DNA from: Promethearchaeota archaeon
GTDB lineage: Archaea; Asgardarchaeota; Lokiarchaeia; Sigyniarchaeales; SOKP01
Assembly (NCBI GenBank): GCA_048938025.1
Contig: JBHLMP010000054.1
Span: forward strand, 1-23,317
Direction of reading: 5' to 3'
DNA length: 23,317 nucleotides
Both the position numbers and the translations under genes were made by a program. Below the pieces are notes generated by a model. It did not search any database. It worked only from the letters and a program-made list of their open reading frames with translations, and was not told the DNA's origin. Positions 1 to 7,969 of the stretch are shown here, piece by piece; the first letter of the stretch is position 1, and each line of letters opens with the position of its first letter.

Positions 1-1389
1 TACTCCATTAATAGAAGCTTTCATCCCACTTGTCCCACTTGCCTCTAAATATCTTCTAGGATTATTTAACCATAAATCGACTCCACTCACCAACAATTTT
101 GCTAATGAAATCTCATAATTTTCTAAAAATACGAGTCCTATATCGTATGAATTCCATAAATAATTACTATATTCATAAATCTTTCTTATATAAGATTTAG
201 ACTGTAAATCAGCAGGATGAGCTTTTCCTGCAAAAATTAATTGTGCTTTCTTCTTGATAATTTTAGCTAATCGTTCGAGATCAGTGAAAATCAAAAGAGG
301 TCGTTTATATTCAGCCATTCTCCTGCAAAATCCTATAGTTAATAAGTGCTTATCAAATAAAATCCATGAATGTGAATTTTCATATTTAATAAGACGATTT
401 TTTGCCTTATTATGCGCTCTCCACAACTCATAACTATCCAAATTTAAGGCTCTTTCAAAAAGATCTAAATTATGATGCCAGTCTCTTGTTAATTCCTCAT
501 TAAGAAAATCTCTCATATATGGAGATAACCAATATCCTACATGAACTCCATTCGTTATAGAATTAATTTTATAGTTCGGAAACATTTTAATTGAGACTTC
601 AGAATGTTTTTTTGAAACGGCATTAATATACCCACTTGCATTTAAAGCGAGAATTGTCATATTGAGTGCATTTTTTCCCCCAAAATCATGGATTTGATCT
701 GGTAGGCGATTTCGAAAGACATCATACACCAAATTGTAATTAAATTCCTCAAGTCCTGCCCTTACAGGAGTATGAGTTGTAAATACACAATGTTTTTTTA
801 CTTCCTCTAAATTTTTGTATTTTATTAAAAGTTCAAAGATTAAAAAAGCAGCATGTCCTTCATTAAGATGATAGGTTTTTATGTTATAATATCCAAGCTT
901 TTCTAACATTCTATACCCGCAAATACCAAGAATCATCTCTTGAGCTATTCTCTGAAATGGATTTGCATCATATAACATATGAGTTAATTTTCTTTGCCAC
1001 GGCTCATTTTCATCAAGATCAGTGTCTAATAAAATTATTGGTATTTTATGCCCATTTCTGCCTATAATTTCATATTTCCAAGCTTCAACTTTAATTGATT
1101 TATCTTGTAATTCAAGAACTACTTGTTGATCGATTTTTTCAAAATCAGCAAGAAAATCCCATTCCATTTCTTTTTCAATTTGTTCTCCATTTGGTCCAAT
1201 TTGTTGATAAAAATAACCTGCATCATATGTCAAAGTGACAGCGATCATTGGTAAACCCATATCAGCTGCAGATCGAAGCGTATCTCCCGCTAAAATTCCT
1301 AAACCTCCAGAATAAATAGGTAAGCTACTCTCTATAGCAATTTCCATAGAAAAATAAGCAATTTCTTGATTTTTTTCATCAGCACTAAT
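1..1389 (-). CDS. glgP: Alpha-glucan (glycogen) phosphorylase, short form, 3' end runs off the window
   Basis: Manual translation gives IAYFSMEIAIESSLPIYSGGLGILAGDTLRSAAD, YHLNEGHAAF, VFTTHTPV and the PLP-lysine motif EASGTSGMK near position 1-50. Start is uncertain: ATT at 1389 behind AGGTG (1404-1400), or an in-frame ATG at 1464. Confidence 0.95.
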   Translation of the reverse strand, partial: MSADEKNQEIAYFSMEIAIESSLPIYSGGLGILAGDTLRSAADMGLPMIAVTLTYDAGYFYQQIGPNGEQIEKEMEWDFLADFEKIDQQVVLELQDKSIKVEAWKYEIIGRNGHKIPIILLDTDLDENEPWQRKLTHMLYDANPFQRIAQEMILGICGYRMLEKLGYYNIKTYHLNEGHAAFLIFELLIKYKNLEEVKKHCVFTTHTPVRAGLEEFNYNLVYDVFRNRLPDQIHDFGGKNALNMTILALNASGYINAVSKKHSEVSIKMFPNYKINSITNGVHVGYWLSPYMRDFLNEELTRDWHHNLDLFERALNLDSYELWRAHNKAKNRLIKYENSHSWILFDKHLLTIGFCRRMAEYKRPLLIFTDLERLAKIIKKKAQLIFAGKAHPADLQSKSYIRKIYEYSNYLWNSYDIGLVFLENYEISLAKLLVSGVDLWLNNPRRYLEASGTSGMKASINGV

Positions 1390-1676
1390 TTTAATATTAC
1401 ACCTTATTAACTCTATTTTAATGATAAAGAGTAATATTACTTTTAATATTATAAGGATATTCATTAAAAAAAATTAGTTTTAATTTTTATTTTACGAATT
1501 TTCTAATTCTAATTCTTGTATTTATTCTTTAGGATATATAAAAATGGATTTCTTTTTAGAAAGATAATTTTTATAATTTACTGCTTAGATTTATTACCTT
1601 ATAAAATTTTATACATATCTTTAAAAGGAGAATTATCTGAATGAGAATAAAAATAAATTCGAGATTATAATAGAGA

Positions 1677-3773
1677 ATGACTGAAGATTTTAACTTAAAT
1701 AATGTGAGTAGTCAAATCACTGCATTATATTGGTTCTTTTTCCTTTTAGTGATTGTACTTTCTATTCTAGGATTATTTTATATTTTATGGACTTTGAAAA
1801 AGTTGTCGCGTTTAGAGAATGGAACTGAAGAAATGGTAAAAATACACAAATTAATAAAATTAGGATCTAACGCCTATCTAAAAAGACAATTTAAGACAAT
1901 TAGCATAGTTTTAATTATCATTTCCAGTTTACTTTTTATTTTTAATATACCATTGGCAATCTCTTTTATAATCGGTGCAATTACATCTCTAATTGCGAGT
2001 TATATCAGTATGGTTGCTTCTACTTTATCAAATGTAAAAGTAACGCAGGCCTGTAAAAATGACATTAATAGCGCTTTGAACATAGGATTTAGTGCAGGAA
2101 TGATTATTGGAGTTTCAGTAATTTCTATTTCGTTATTAGGAATTAGCATTTTATACATTTTATTTAATTTCAGTATTCAAAATATTGTGGGTTTTGCTTT
2201 TGGAGCCTCTTTCTCAGCACTCTTTGCTCAATTAGGAGGTGGAATTTATACAAAAGGAGCAGATATTGGAGCAGATTTGGTTGGAAAGTTAGAATATGGA
2301 TTACCAGAAGATGATATAAGAAATCCTGCTGCAATAGCTGATAATGTTGGTGACAATGTTGGAGATTGTGCAGGAAGAGGGGCAGATCTCTACGAATCAT
2401 CTTCAGCAAATAATATTGCGGCTATGATAATTGGAGTAACTTTAAGTACAATTACAAATAATCCTTTATTCATAATTTTTTCTTTAATTACTAGAGCTCT
2501 TGGTAACATTGCTGGAATTTTTGGAGGATATTTTGTAAAGGTTAAAGAAGAAGACAAATCCCCTATAGCAGCATTTGCTAGAAGTTTAATTGCTACAGCA
2601 ATCATTAATATTATCTTCTTTCTAATATTAACATTAATTTGTTTTCAATCAGGTTGGCTATTTTTATTCAGTTGTTCTGTTCTAGGAATATTATTAGGGT
2701 TATCTACTTATTTCATTGTAGATTATTACACTTCCTCAAGATATAGACCCGTAAAAGCTGTAATAAAAAATTCAGAAACTGGAGCAGCTACCAATGTAAT
2801 AAGTGGTTTTTCTTTAGGTTTAGAATCCCCTACAATTCCAGTATTATCTTTTATACTAGGAATAATAATAACTTTTTTTCTTGGTGAACAATATGGAAAA
2901 TTGAACAATTTTGATCCATATTTAGGAGGCGTATTTGGGATAACTGTCGCTACAATGGGTTTACTTTCAATCACAACTATCATTTTAGCGTTTGATGGAT
3001 TTGGACCTGTATCCGATAATGCTGCAGGAATAGCAGAAATGTCACATCAAGGAGAAGATGTACGATATAATTTAGATAAGTTAGATGCTGTAGGCAATAC
3101 AACTAAAGCATTAGCAAAAGGTTTTGGTATTACTTGTGCCGCCTTATCTGCTATAATATTATTTGAAGCTTATTTAGAAGAAATTAAGACGATTGATGTT
3201 AATATCTATCATCCAATTATCCTATGCTCATTATTTATAGGAGCGGTAATCCCTTTTATTTTTTCAGCATTAGCAATTAGAGCTGCAGGAGTGGCTGCTT
3301 ATGGAATGATCAAAGAAATTCAAGTACAATTTAAAGAAAATCCAGGGATACTTGAAAATAAATCTTTACCCGATTATGAAAAATGTATTGATACCGGCAC
3401 GAAAGTAGCCCTGAAGCAAATGATCGTACCTGCTTTACTACCTACTTTAACACCTATTATCCTGGGATTCTTATTCGGTCCTGTTGCACTGGCAGCATTT
3501 TTAATATCAGGGACGATATCAGGAATAATATTAGGATTCGTTTTAAATACTGGTGGAGGAGCTCTTGATAATACAAAAAAAGCTATCGAAGGAGGACTTA
3601 TGGGAGGCAAAGGTTCTGAAGCTCATGCAGCTTCCATTATCGGAGATACATTCGGTGATCCCTTAAAAGATACTGCTGGACCATCTCTCCATATCCTTGT
3701 TAAAGTAATAAATACGGTTTCAATAGCTTTTGCTCCCATCTTCTTAACTTTTGGAGCATTAGTAATTTTATAA
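1677..3773 (+). CDS. hppA: Membrane-bound H+-translocating pyrophosphatase, K+-independent type
   Basis: Many TM helices. Motifs GGGIYTKGADIGADLVGKLE, EDDIRNPAAIADNVGDNVGD, GPVSDNAAGIAEM, GDTFGDPLKDTAGPS. GNTTKA carries the Lys diagnostic of K+-independence. Confidence 0.97.
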   Translation: MTEDFNLNNVSSQITALYWFFFLLVIVLSILGLFYILWTLKKLSRLENGTEEMVKIHKLIKLGSNAYLKRQFKTISIVLIIISSLLFIFNIPLAISFIIGAITSLIASYISMVASTLSNVKVTQACKNDINSALNIGFSAGMIIGVSVISISLLGISILYILFNFSIQNIVGFAFGASFSALFAQLGGGIYTKGADIGADLVGKLEYGLPEDDIRNPAAIADNVGDNVGDCAGRGADLYESSSANNIAAMIIGVTLSTITNNPLFIIFSLITRALGNIAGIFGGYFVKVKEEDKSPIAAFARSLIATAIINIIFFLILTLICFQSGWLFLFSCSVLGILLGLSTYFIVDYYTSSRYRPVKAVIKNSETGAATNVISGFSLGLESPTIPVLSFILGIIITFFLGEQYGKLNNFDPYLGGVFGITVATMGLLSITTIILAFDGFGPVSDNAAGIAEMSHQGEDVRYNLDKLDAVGNTTKALAKGFGITCAALSAIILFEAYLEEIKTIDVNIYHPIILCSLFIGAVIPFIFSALAIRAAGVAAYGMIKEIQVQFKENPGILENKSLPDYEKCIDTGTKVALKQMIVPALLPTLTPIILGFLFGPVALAAFLISGTISGIILGFVLNTGGGALDNTKKAIEGGLMGGKGSEAHAASIIGDTFGDPLKDTAGPSLHILVKVINTVSIAFAPIFLTFGALVIL

Positions 3774-3834
3774 AATAAATTTTCTAAAATAAATTTTTAA
3801 TTAAAAAAAAAAAATTTTAAAACTCAATAAAGGT

Positions 3835-3839
3835 GGTGA
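3835..3839 (+). promoter_or_regulatory. Shine-Dalgarno motif GGTGA
   Basis: GGTGA 6 nt upstream of the GTG at 3846, matching the archaeal consensus GGAGGTGA. Confidence 0.7.
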
Positions 3840-3845
3840 AAAAAA

Positions 3846-4484
3846 GTGATAGATAAAATTAAAGATCAAATAATTGAAATGCTTATTGACCATTCAAGAG
3901 GCATCTATTCAATTATTAGCGATATGGGTGTATTTTATATGGCTTGGGCAGAAAATTCAAAACTTAGTAAAGAGACATTGATAAAGAAGTCAAATAAATT
4001 GAAATTAGATATAGAAGAAGCAGCGTTGATAAAAAATCAAATAATTAAAGAATTTTCCGAAGCTTTAACATTAGGATCGGGAGATTGGATCATATTAATT
4101 CTGAAAATGGATAATTTATCAAATCTAGCTTTAAAATTCGTTGACTTATTAATATACATTGAAGTGAGTGATTTAAATTCTGAAATGAAAGGAATGTATC
4201 ATAAATCAATCAATACAATATTAACAATGGCAAAATTATTAAAAGATTCAATTAGATTGTTGCTAGAAAACCCCAATAATGTGGTTTACAATATAAATAA
4301 AATTCATGAGCTTGGTAACTCCATAGATATGATATTCCATCAATTTCTGCATTATCTTTATAAAGATAAAGATTTGAACATTAGAAATTTATTGATAATT
4401 CGAGATAGTGTTATTACATTAGAACAATTCGTTGATAAAATTCATCAGATAGCAGAGATCATTAGAGTTTTGCATTATGAATAA
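3846..4484 (+). CDS. DUF47 / PhoU-like phosphate transport regulator family protein (degenerate paralogue A)
   Basis: 212 aa, all-helical, collinear with 14987..15625 (LIDHSR/LIEHSR, LKMDN/LRMDN, DLNIR-LL-IRDS--LEQ). GTG start 6 nt after GGTGA. Confidence 0.75.
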   Translation: MIDKIKDQIIEMLIDHSRGIYSIISDMGVFYMAWAENSKLSKETLIKKSNKLKLDIEEAALIKNQIIKEFSEALTLGSGDWIILILKMDNLSNLALKFVDLLIYIEVSDLNSEMKGMYHKSINTILTMAKLLKDSIRLLLENPNNVVYNINKIHELGNSIDMIFHQFLHYLYKDKDLNIRNLLIIRDSVITLEQFVDKIHQIAEIIRVLHYE

Positions 4485-4496
4485 AACATATTAATG

Positions 4497-4601
4497 TCAA
4501 ATATAAATATTCATTACATTATTTCTATTTATTATTTTATCGGTTCTCAATGGTCTTCTCGACGCCAAAATTATAAATCTACCTTGTTTAGAAATAGCCA
4601 T
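4497..4601 (-). CDS. Putative 34-aa basic small protein
   Basis: ATG..TGA ORF (MAISKQGRFIILASRRPLRTDKIINRNNVMNIYI) covering the only GC-richer patch of the intergenic region, with a TATA-like tract about 25-30 nt upstream. Confidence 0.25.
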   Translation of the reverse strand: MAISKQGRFIILASRRPLRTDKIINRNNVMNIYI

Positions 4602-4693
4602 TTAAAGTTATATCACATAAAATATATTATATATATGATAATAAGTTAAAAGATTTTAATTTTTAACGAATTAGCTTAAGCTAACTATTCTTT

Positions 4694-5236
4694 TTAATAA
4701 ACATGAATTTTATCCAAAACTGTATAAATCGTAGTTTTATAAATTTCATGAAAATCTTCTGGAGGGATAATTTGTATTATTCTCCCTATAAGGTTTTCAA
4801 TTATTTCAATATTAATGTCTGGAAATCGTTCAAAAAGATCATGATCATATTTATGGAGAAAAAATGTAAACTCTACCCTAATATTAAGTTTTTTTAGCTT
4901 TTCTATAATTTCCTGTAAAAATTTTAATGTTAATTCATAACTCTTTAAATCTTGGATATCAATAACATAAAATATTTCTTTCGTATCATTAATAAAATTA
5001 TTAAAATTTTTTAAAAATTCATTTCGATAAAGTTCTTCACCATTAAAATCCCAAATACTAAATTTTAACTCATCCGTTTCAAATTTGATAATATTAGGAC
5101 TTTTGGTATCATCTAAAGAGACATAGTCAGATAAATTAAATTTACCAATAAAACTTAAGATAATAGAAGTTTTACCACTTTTTTCTAATCCTAATACTAA
5201 GATTTTTTTCTTTTTTGATTCAATACTTATTGACAT
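4694..5236 (-). CDS. Small Ras-superfamily GTPase (Arf/Rag-like, Asgard type)
   Basis: G1 GLEKSGKTS, G3 WDFNG, FYVID strand, G4 HKYD, G5-like KTTIY. 180 aa. Confidence 0.9.
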   Translation of the reverse strand: MSISIESKKKKILVLGLEKSGKTSIILSFIGKFNLSDYVSLDDTKSPNIIKFETDELKFSIWDFNGEELYRNEFLKNFNNFINDTKEIFYVIDIQDLKSYELTLKFLQEIIEKLKKLNIRVEFTFFLHKYDHDLFERFPDINIEIIENLIGRIIQIIPPEDFHEIYKTTIYTVLDKIHVY

Positions 5237-5276
5237 AATTGATTTTAAAAGATAATAGATGTTATACTTTCTTTCG

Positions 5277-5612
5277 TTATTTTAATTTTTCAATATTATC
5301 TGAATCAATTAACCTTTGAAACTTATCTTTACGTAGCTCAATAACAATTGAGTTAATAGCAGAAATTAACCTGAAAATATTATAGCTTTTTATAAAATAT
5401 TGTTTAATACTCCCATTTCGTTTATGAAAGATAATATTTGCTTTTTGCAATTGTTTTAAGAGTTGAGATGTGTAAGATTGGCTAATATTTAAAACATCTT
5501 CGATTTCTTTTGATGTTTTTTCACCATTTTTTAGAAATTTAATAATTTCTAATTTATATGGATCACTCAATAGTTTTAAAAATTCTGATGAAGCTTCTGT
5601 TAATTCATCCAT
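5277..5612 (-). CDS. ArsR/SmtB-family winged-HTH regulator
   Basis: FLKLLSDPYKLEIIKFL...EKTSKEI...ISQSYTSQLLKQL...II---R-G----Y pattern. Confidence 0.9.
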   Translation of the reverse strand: MDELTEASSEFLKLLSDPYKLEIIKFLKNGEKTSKEIEDVLNISQSYTSQLLKQLQKANIIFHKRNGSIKQYFIKSYNIFRLISAINSIVIELRKDKFQRLIDSDNIEKLK

Positions 5613-5710
5613 TCTTATAATGCCCTAAATATCAATTATTCTTAATCTTTGAGAAATAAATTCTACTGAAACATATTCAGAACTTTATCTATATAAATTA
5701 TATCATTAAA

Positions 5711-5770
5711 ATATTTAAATATAATGAAACTAAAATATCATGATATTATAAAATCGCAATATTTAAATAT
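5711..5770. promoter_or_regulatory. Symmetric divergent promoter/operator of three palindromes
   Basis: ATATTTAAATAT at 5711-5722 and 5759-5770 flank AATATCATGATATT at 5734-5747. Centres are 5716.5, 5740.5 and 5764.5. Confidence 0.6.
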
Positions 5771-5864
5771 CATAATATCATTACTTTATAATAAAATAGA
5801 ACTAAAAAAGTTTCTAAAAATAATCAGTAAAACAAAACAAAAGAAAAGAGGAAATTGATTTATT

Positions 5865-6377
5865 ATGGTTAATCAAGCATTTATTTTAGATGATATTGAT
5901 AAAAGAATTGTTGAATTTATCCAAAGAGATCCTAATTCCACTCATACACAAATAGCAAAAAAAATCAATAGAAGCCAACCAACTGTGGGAATGAGAATAA
6001 AAAAACTTGAAAAATCGGGAATATTACAATTTCAAGCTGGTCTAAGTCTAAAAAACACAAGTTGTTATTTAGCAAAGGTAAGTCTTCAATCATCTGACTC
6101 TAATAGTATTATAAGAATAATTAGATCCTGCCCATACATGATCCATGGATATAGATTAAGTGGAATATCAAATTTTGTTATAATTATTGCTTATCCTACG
6201 ATAAAAGGTTTAGATAAAATTGTTAATTATCATTTTAGAAATAATCCTAACGTAAATAAAATTAAGATAGATATTATAACAGATGTAATCAATGAATTCG
6301 TCATTCCAGTTGATTTTAAAGTTAGATCATGTAATTGTGTTGAAAAAACGAAAAAGAATGAATTAATGGACTTGTAA
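5865..6377 (+). CDS. Lrp/AsnC-family transcriptional regulator
   Basis: N-terminal LDDIDKRIV...THTQIAKKINRSQPTVGMRIKKLEKSGIL HTH, followed by a RAM-like domain (YRLSG--NF). Confidence 0.92.
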   Translation: MVNQAFILDDIDKRIVEFIQRDPNSTHTQIAKKINRSQPTVGMRIKKLEKSGILQFQAGLSLKNTSCYLAKVSLQSSDSNSIIRIIRSCPYMIHGYRLSGISNFVIIIAYPTIKGLDKIVNYHFRNNPNVNKIKIDIITDVINEFVIPVDFKVRSCNCVEKTKKNELMDL

Positions 6378-6394
6378 AGGAGAGGGGGTTTAAA

Positions 6395-6598
6395 TTGAAA
6401 ATTTTTATGGATTTTGATAAATCAAACTCAAAAATTTTTATAAATTATTTTGTAGAGGATTTTAAAATTGCAATAAAAATTCCATTGAAGGATGAGCATA
6501 TTGATAAAAATAACGATATCATTTTTGATAAGTTCGATATTTCAAATAAAATATTCTTGGCTAATATAATTCAATTTGAATTTGAAAATACTGCGTGA
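6395..6598 (+). CDS. Hypothetical 67-aa protein
   Basis: Purine-rich SD (GGAGAGGGGG) before TTG. The stop overlaps the TFB start (GTGA). Confidence 0.55.
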   Translation: MKIFMDFDKSNSKIFINYFVEDFKIAIKIPLKDEHIDKNNDIIFDKFDISNKIFLANIIQFEFENTA

Positions 6599-7518
6599 TA
6601 AAAATGGCATATTTAAAAACTACAAAAAGTAATGATAGAGCTTTTTTAAAAGAAATAGATCAAAAATGTTGTGCAAATCCAAACATTATTTCTTCTGATG
6701 GATACGAAGTTTGTACTAATTGTGGAACAACCCACTCAAGGGTAATTTCTTATAAACCCATAAAGAAAATGTTTTTAAAGGGAGAGACTAATTCTTGTAA
6801 TATTGAACCTGTACGTTCCCTATTCGGCCCTCGTACAATAATTAAGGGAAATCTAGATGGAAAAGGAAATTATTTATCACCAGAAGCATTGAGAAATTAT
6901 AAAAGATTATCAAAAATTAATGAAGGTTTAGTAAATGGACTTGAAAAGAATTTATGGATTGCAATACCAAAATTAAATCAAATCAAGACTCAGTTGAACA
7001 TTCCAAATTATATAATAGAAGATGCGTTCAAGATTTATCTTTCTGCTGTTAAAACAAAACTAATACGTGGAAGAACAATTAATGGAATTCTTAGTGTATC
7101 AATTTATTTTGCGCTAAAAGCCTACGGAATACCAATAATAATTGATGATCTTCTTACTTCATTACAAATTTCTAAGAAAAAGTTTGTTTATTGTTATAAA
7201 GCAATTTTTAATAAGATTCTTCCAAGTTTAAATTTGAGATTACACAATTTTACACCTCAGGACTATATAAATAAATTCTATGACGAATTGGATTTATCTA
7301 TAAATTCTCGGAATAGTGCGATAAATGTTGTTGAGGAAAGTGAAATGAGAGGATTACAAACTTCAGGAAAAGATCCTAAAGGAATTGCTGCTGCATCTTT
7401 GTATCTTGTTACAAAAAAAAGTGATGAATTCCGAACACAAAAACAAATATGTAAAATAGCTAATGTTTCTGAAATTACCTTAAGAATGAGACTAAAGGAA
7501 ATTAGTAGTTTATCTTAA
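6595..7518 (+). CDS. tfb: Transcription initiation factor IIB (TFB) paralogue
   Basis: Zn ribbon CC-x14-CTNC and two cyclin repeats (LIRGRTI, TSGKDPKGIAAASLY, RTQKQICKIANVSEITLRMRLKE). Start is GTG 6595 or ATG 6604. Confidence 0.93.
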   Translation: MIKMAYLKTTKSNDRAFLKEIDQKCCANPNIISSDGYEVCTNCGTTHSRVISYKPIKKMFLKGETNSCNIEPVRSLFGPRTIIKGNLDGKGNYLSPEALRNYKRLSKINEGLVNGLEKNLWIAIPKLNQIKTQLNIPNYIIEDAFKIYLSAVKTKLIRGRTINGILSVSIYFALKAYGIPIIIDDLLTSLQISKKKFVYCYKAIFNKILPSLNLRLHNFTPQDYINKFYDELDLSINSRNSAINVVEESEMRGLQTSGKDPKGIAAASLYLVTKKSDEFRTQKQICKIANVSEITLRMRLKEISSLS

Positions 7519-7537
7519 TTTTTTATTGGTTTTTTTT
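7519..7537 (+). terminator. Oligo-T archaeal terminator candidate
   Basis: TTTTTTATTGGTTTTTTTT directly after the tfb stop. Confidence 0.45.
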
Positions 7538-7969
7538 AATAATAATATTTGGAGATCTTAATTATTGGTAAAATTTTTTTTTAAATCCAAATACTAAACT
7601 TATAAATATTAATATAAAGATGCCCCTAACAAATCATTAATGAACGATTTATTTGCCTTATTAACTTAAAGTTATTCTTCTCTTCATTTTTTAAAAAGAA
7701 ATTGTTTTTCATGATTTGATTGAAATATATTCTTTTTAATTTTACCTTCATAAATGAAATCCTTGCTTAGAAATAGAAAAAATTTAAAAAAAGAAAATGA
7801 CACAATTAAAATATTTCTACTCTAAAAATACTGTTTAAAATTTTATAATGCTCAATCTATTAGAGTACGAGAAAAAATAATTATAACATAAGGACTGCTT
7901 GTTAATTTATTTACTACTATTTTAGTTTATAATTGATCTTAATCTTTAATTTTATAATTCTACTAAAGA

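Noticed and set aside
2170-3610. Four minus-strand ORFs (2170-2409, 2390-2605, 2726-2983, 3374-3610)
   Set aside because: Antisense shadows fully inside hppA, with no motifs.
4703-4897. 64-aa plus-strand ORF
   Set aside because: Antisense to the GTPase.
7619-7680. ATGA-containing imperfect palindrome as a possible SECIS element
   Set aside because: No convincing stem with AA loop and GA partner, and no in-frame TGA in the neighbouring genes.
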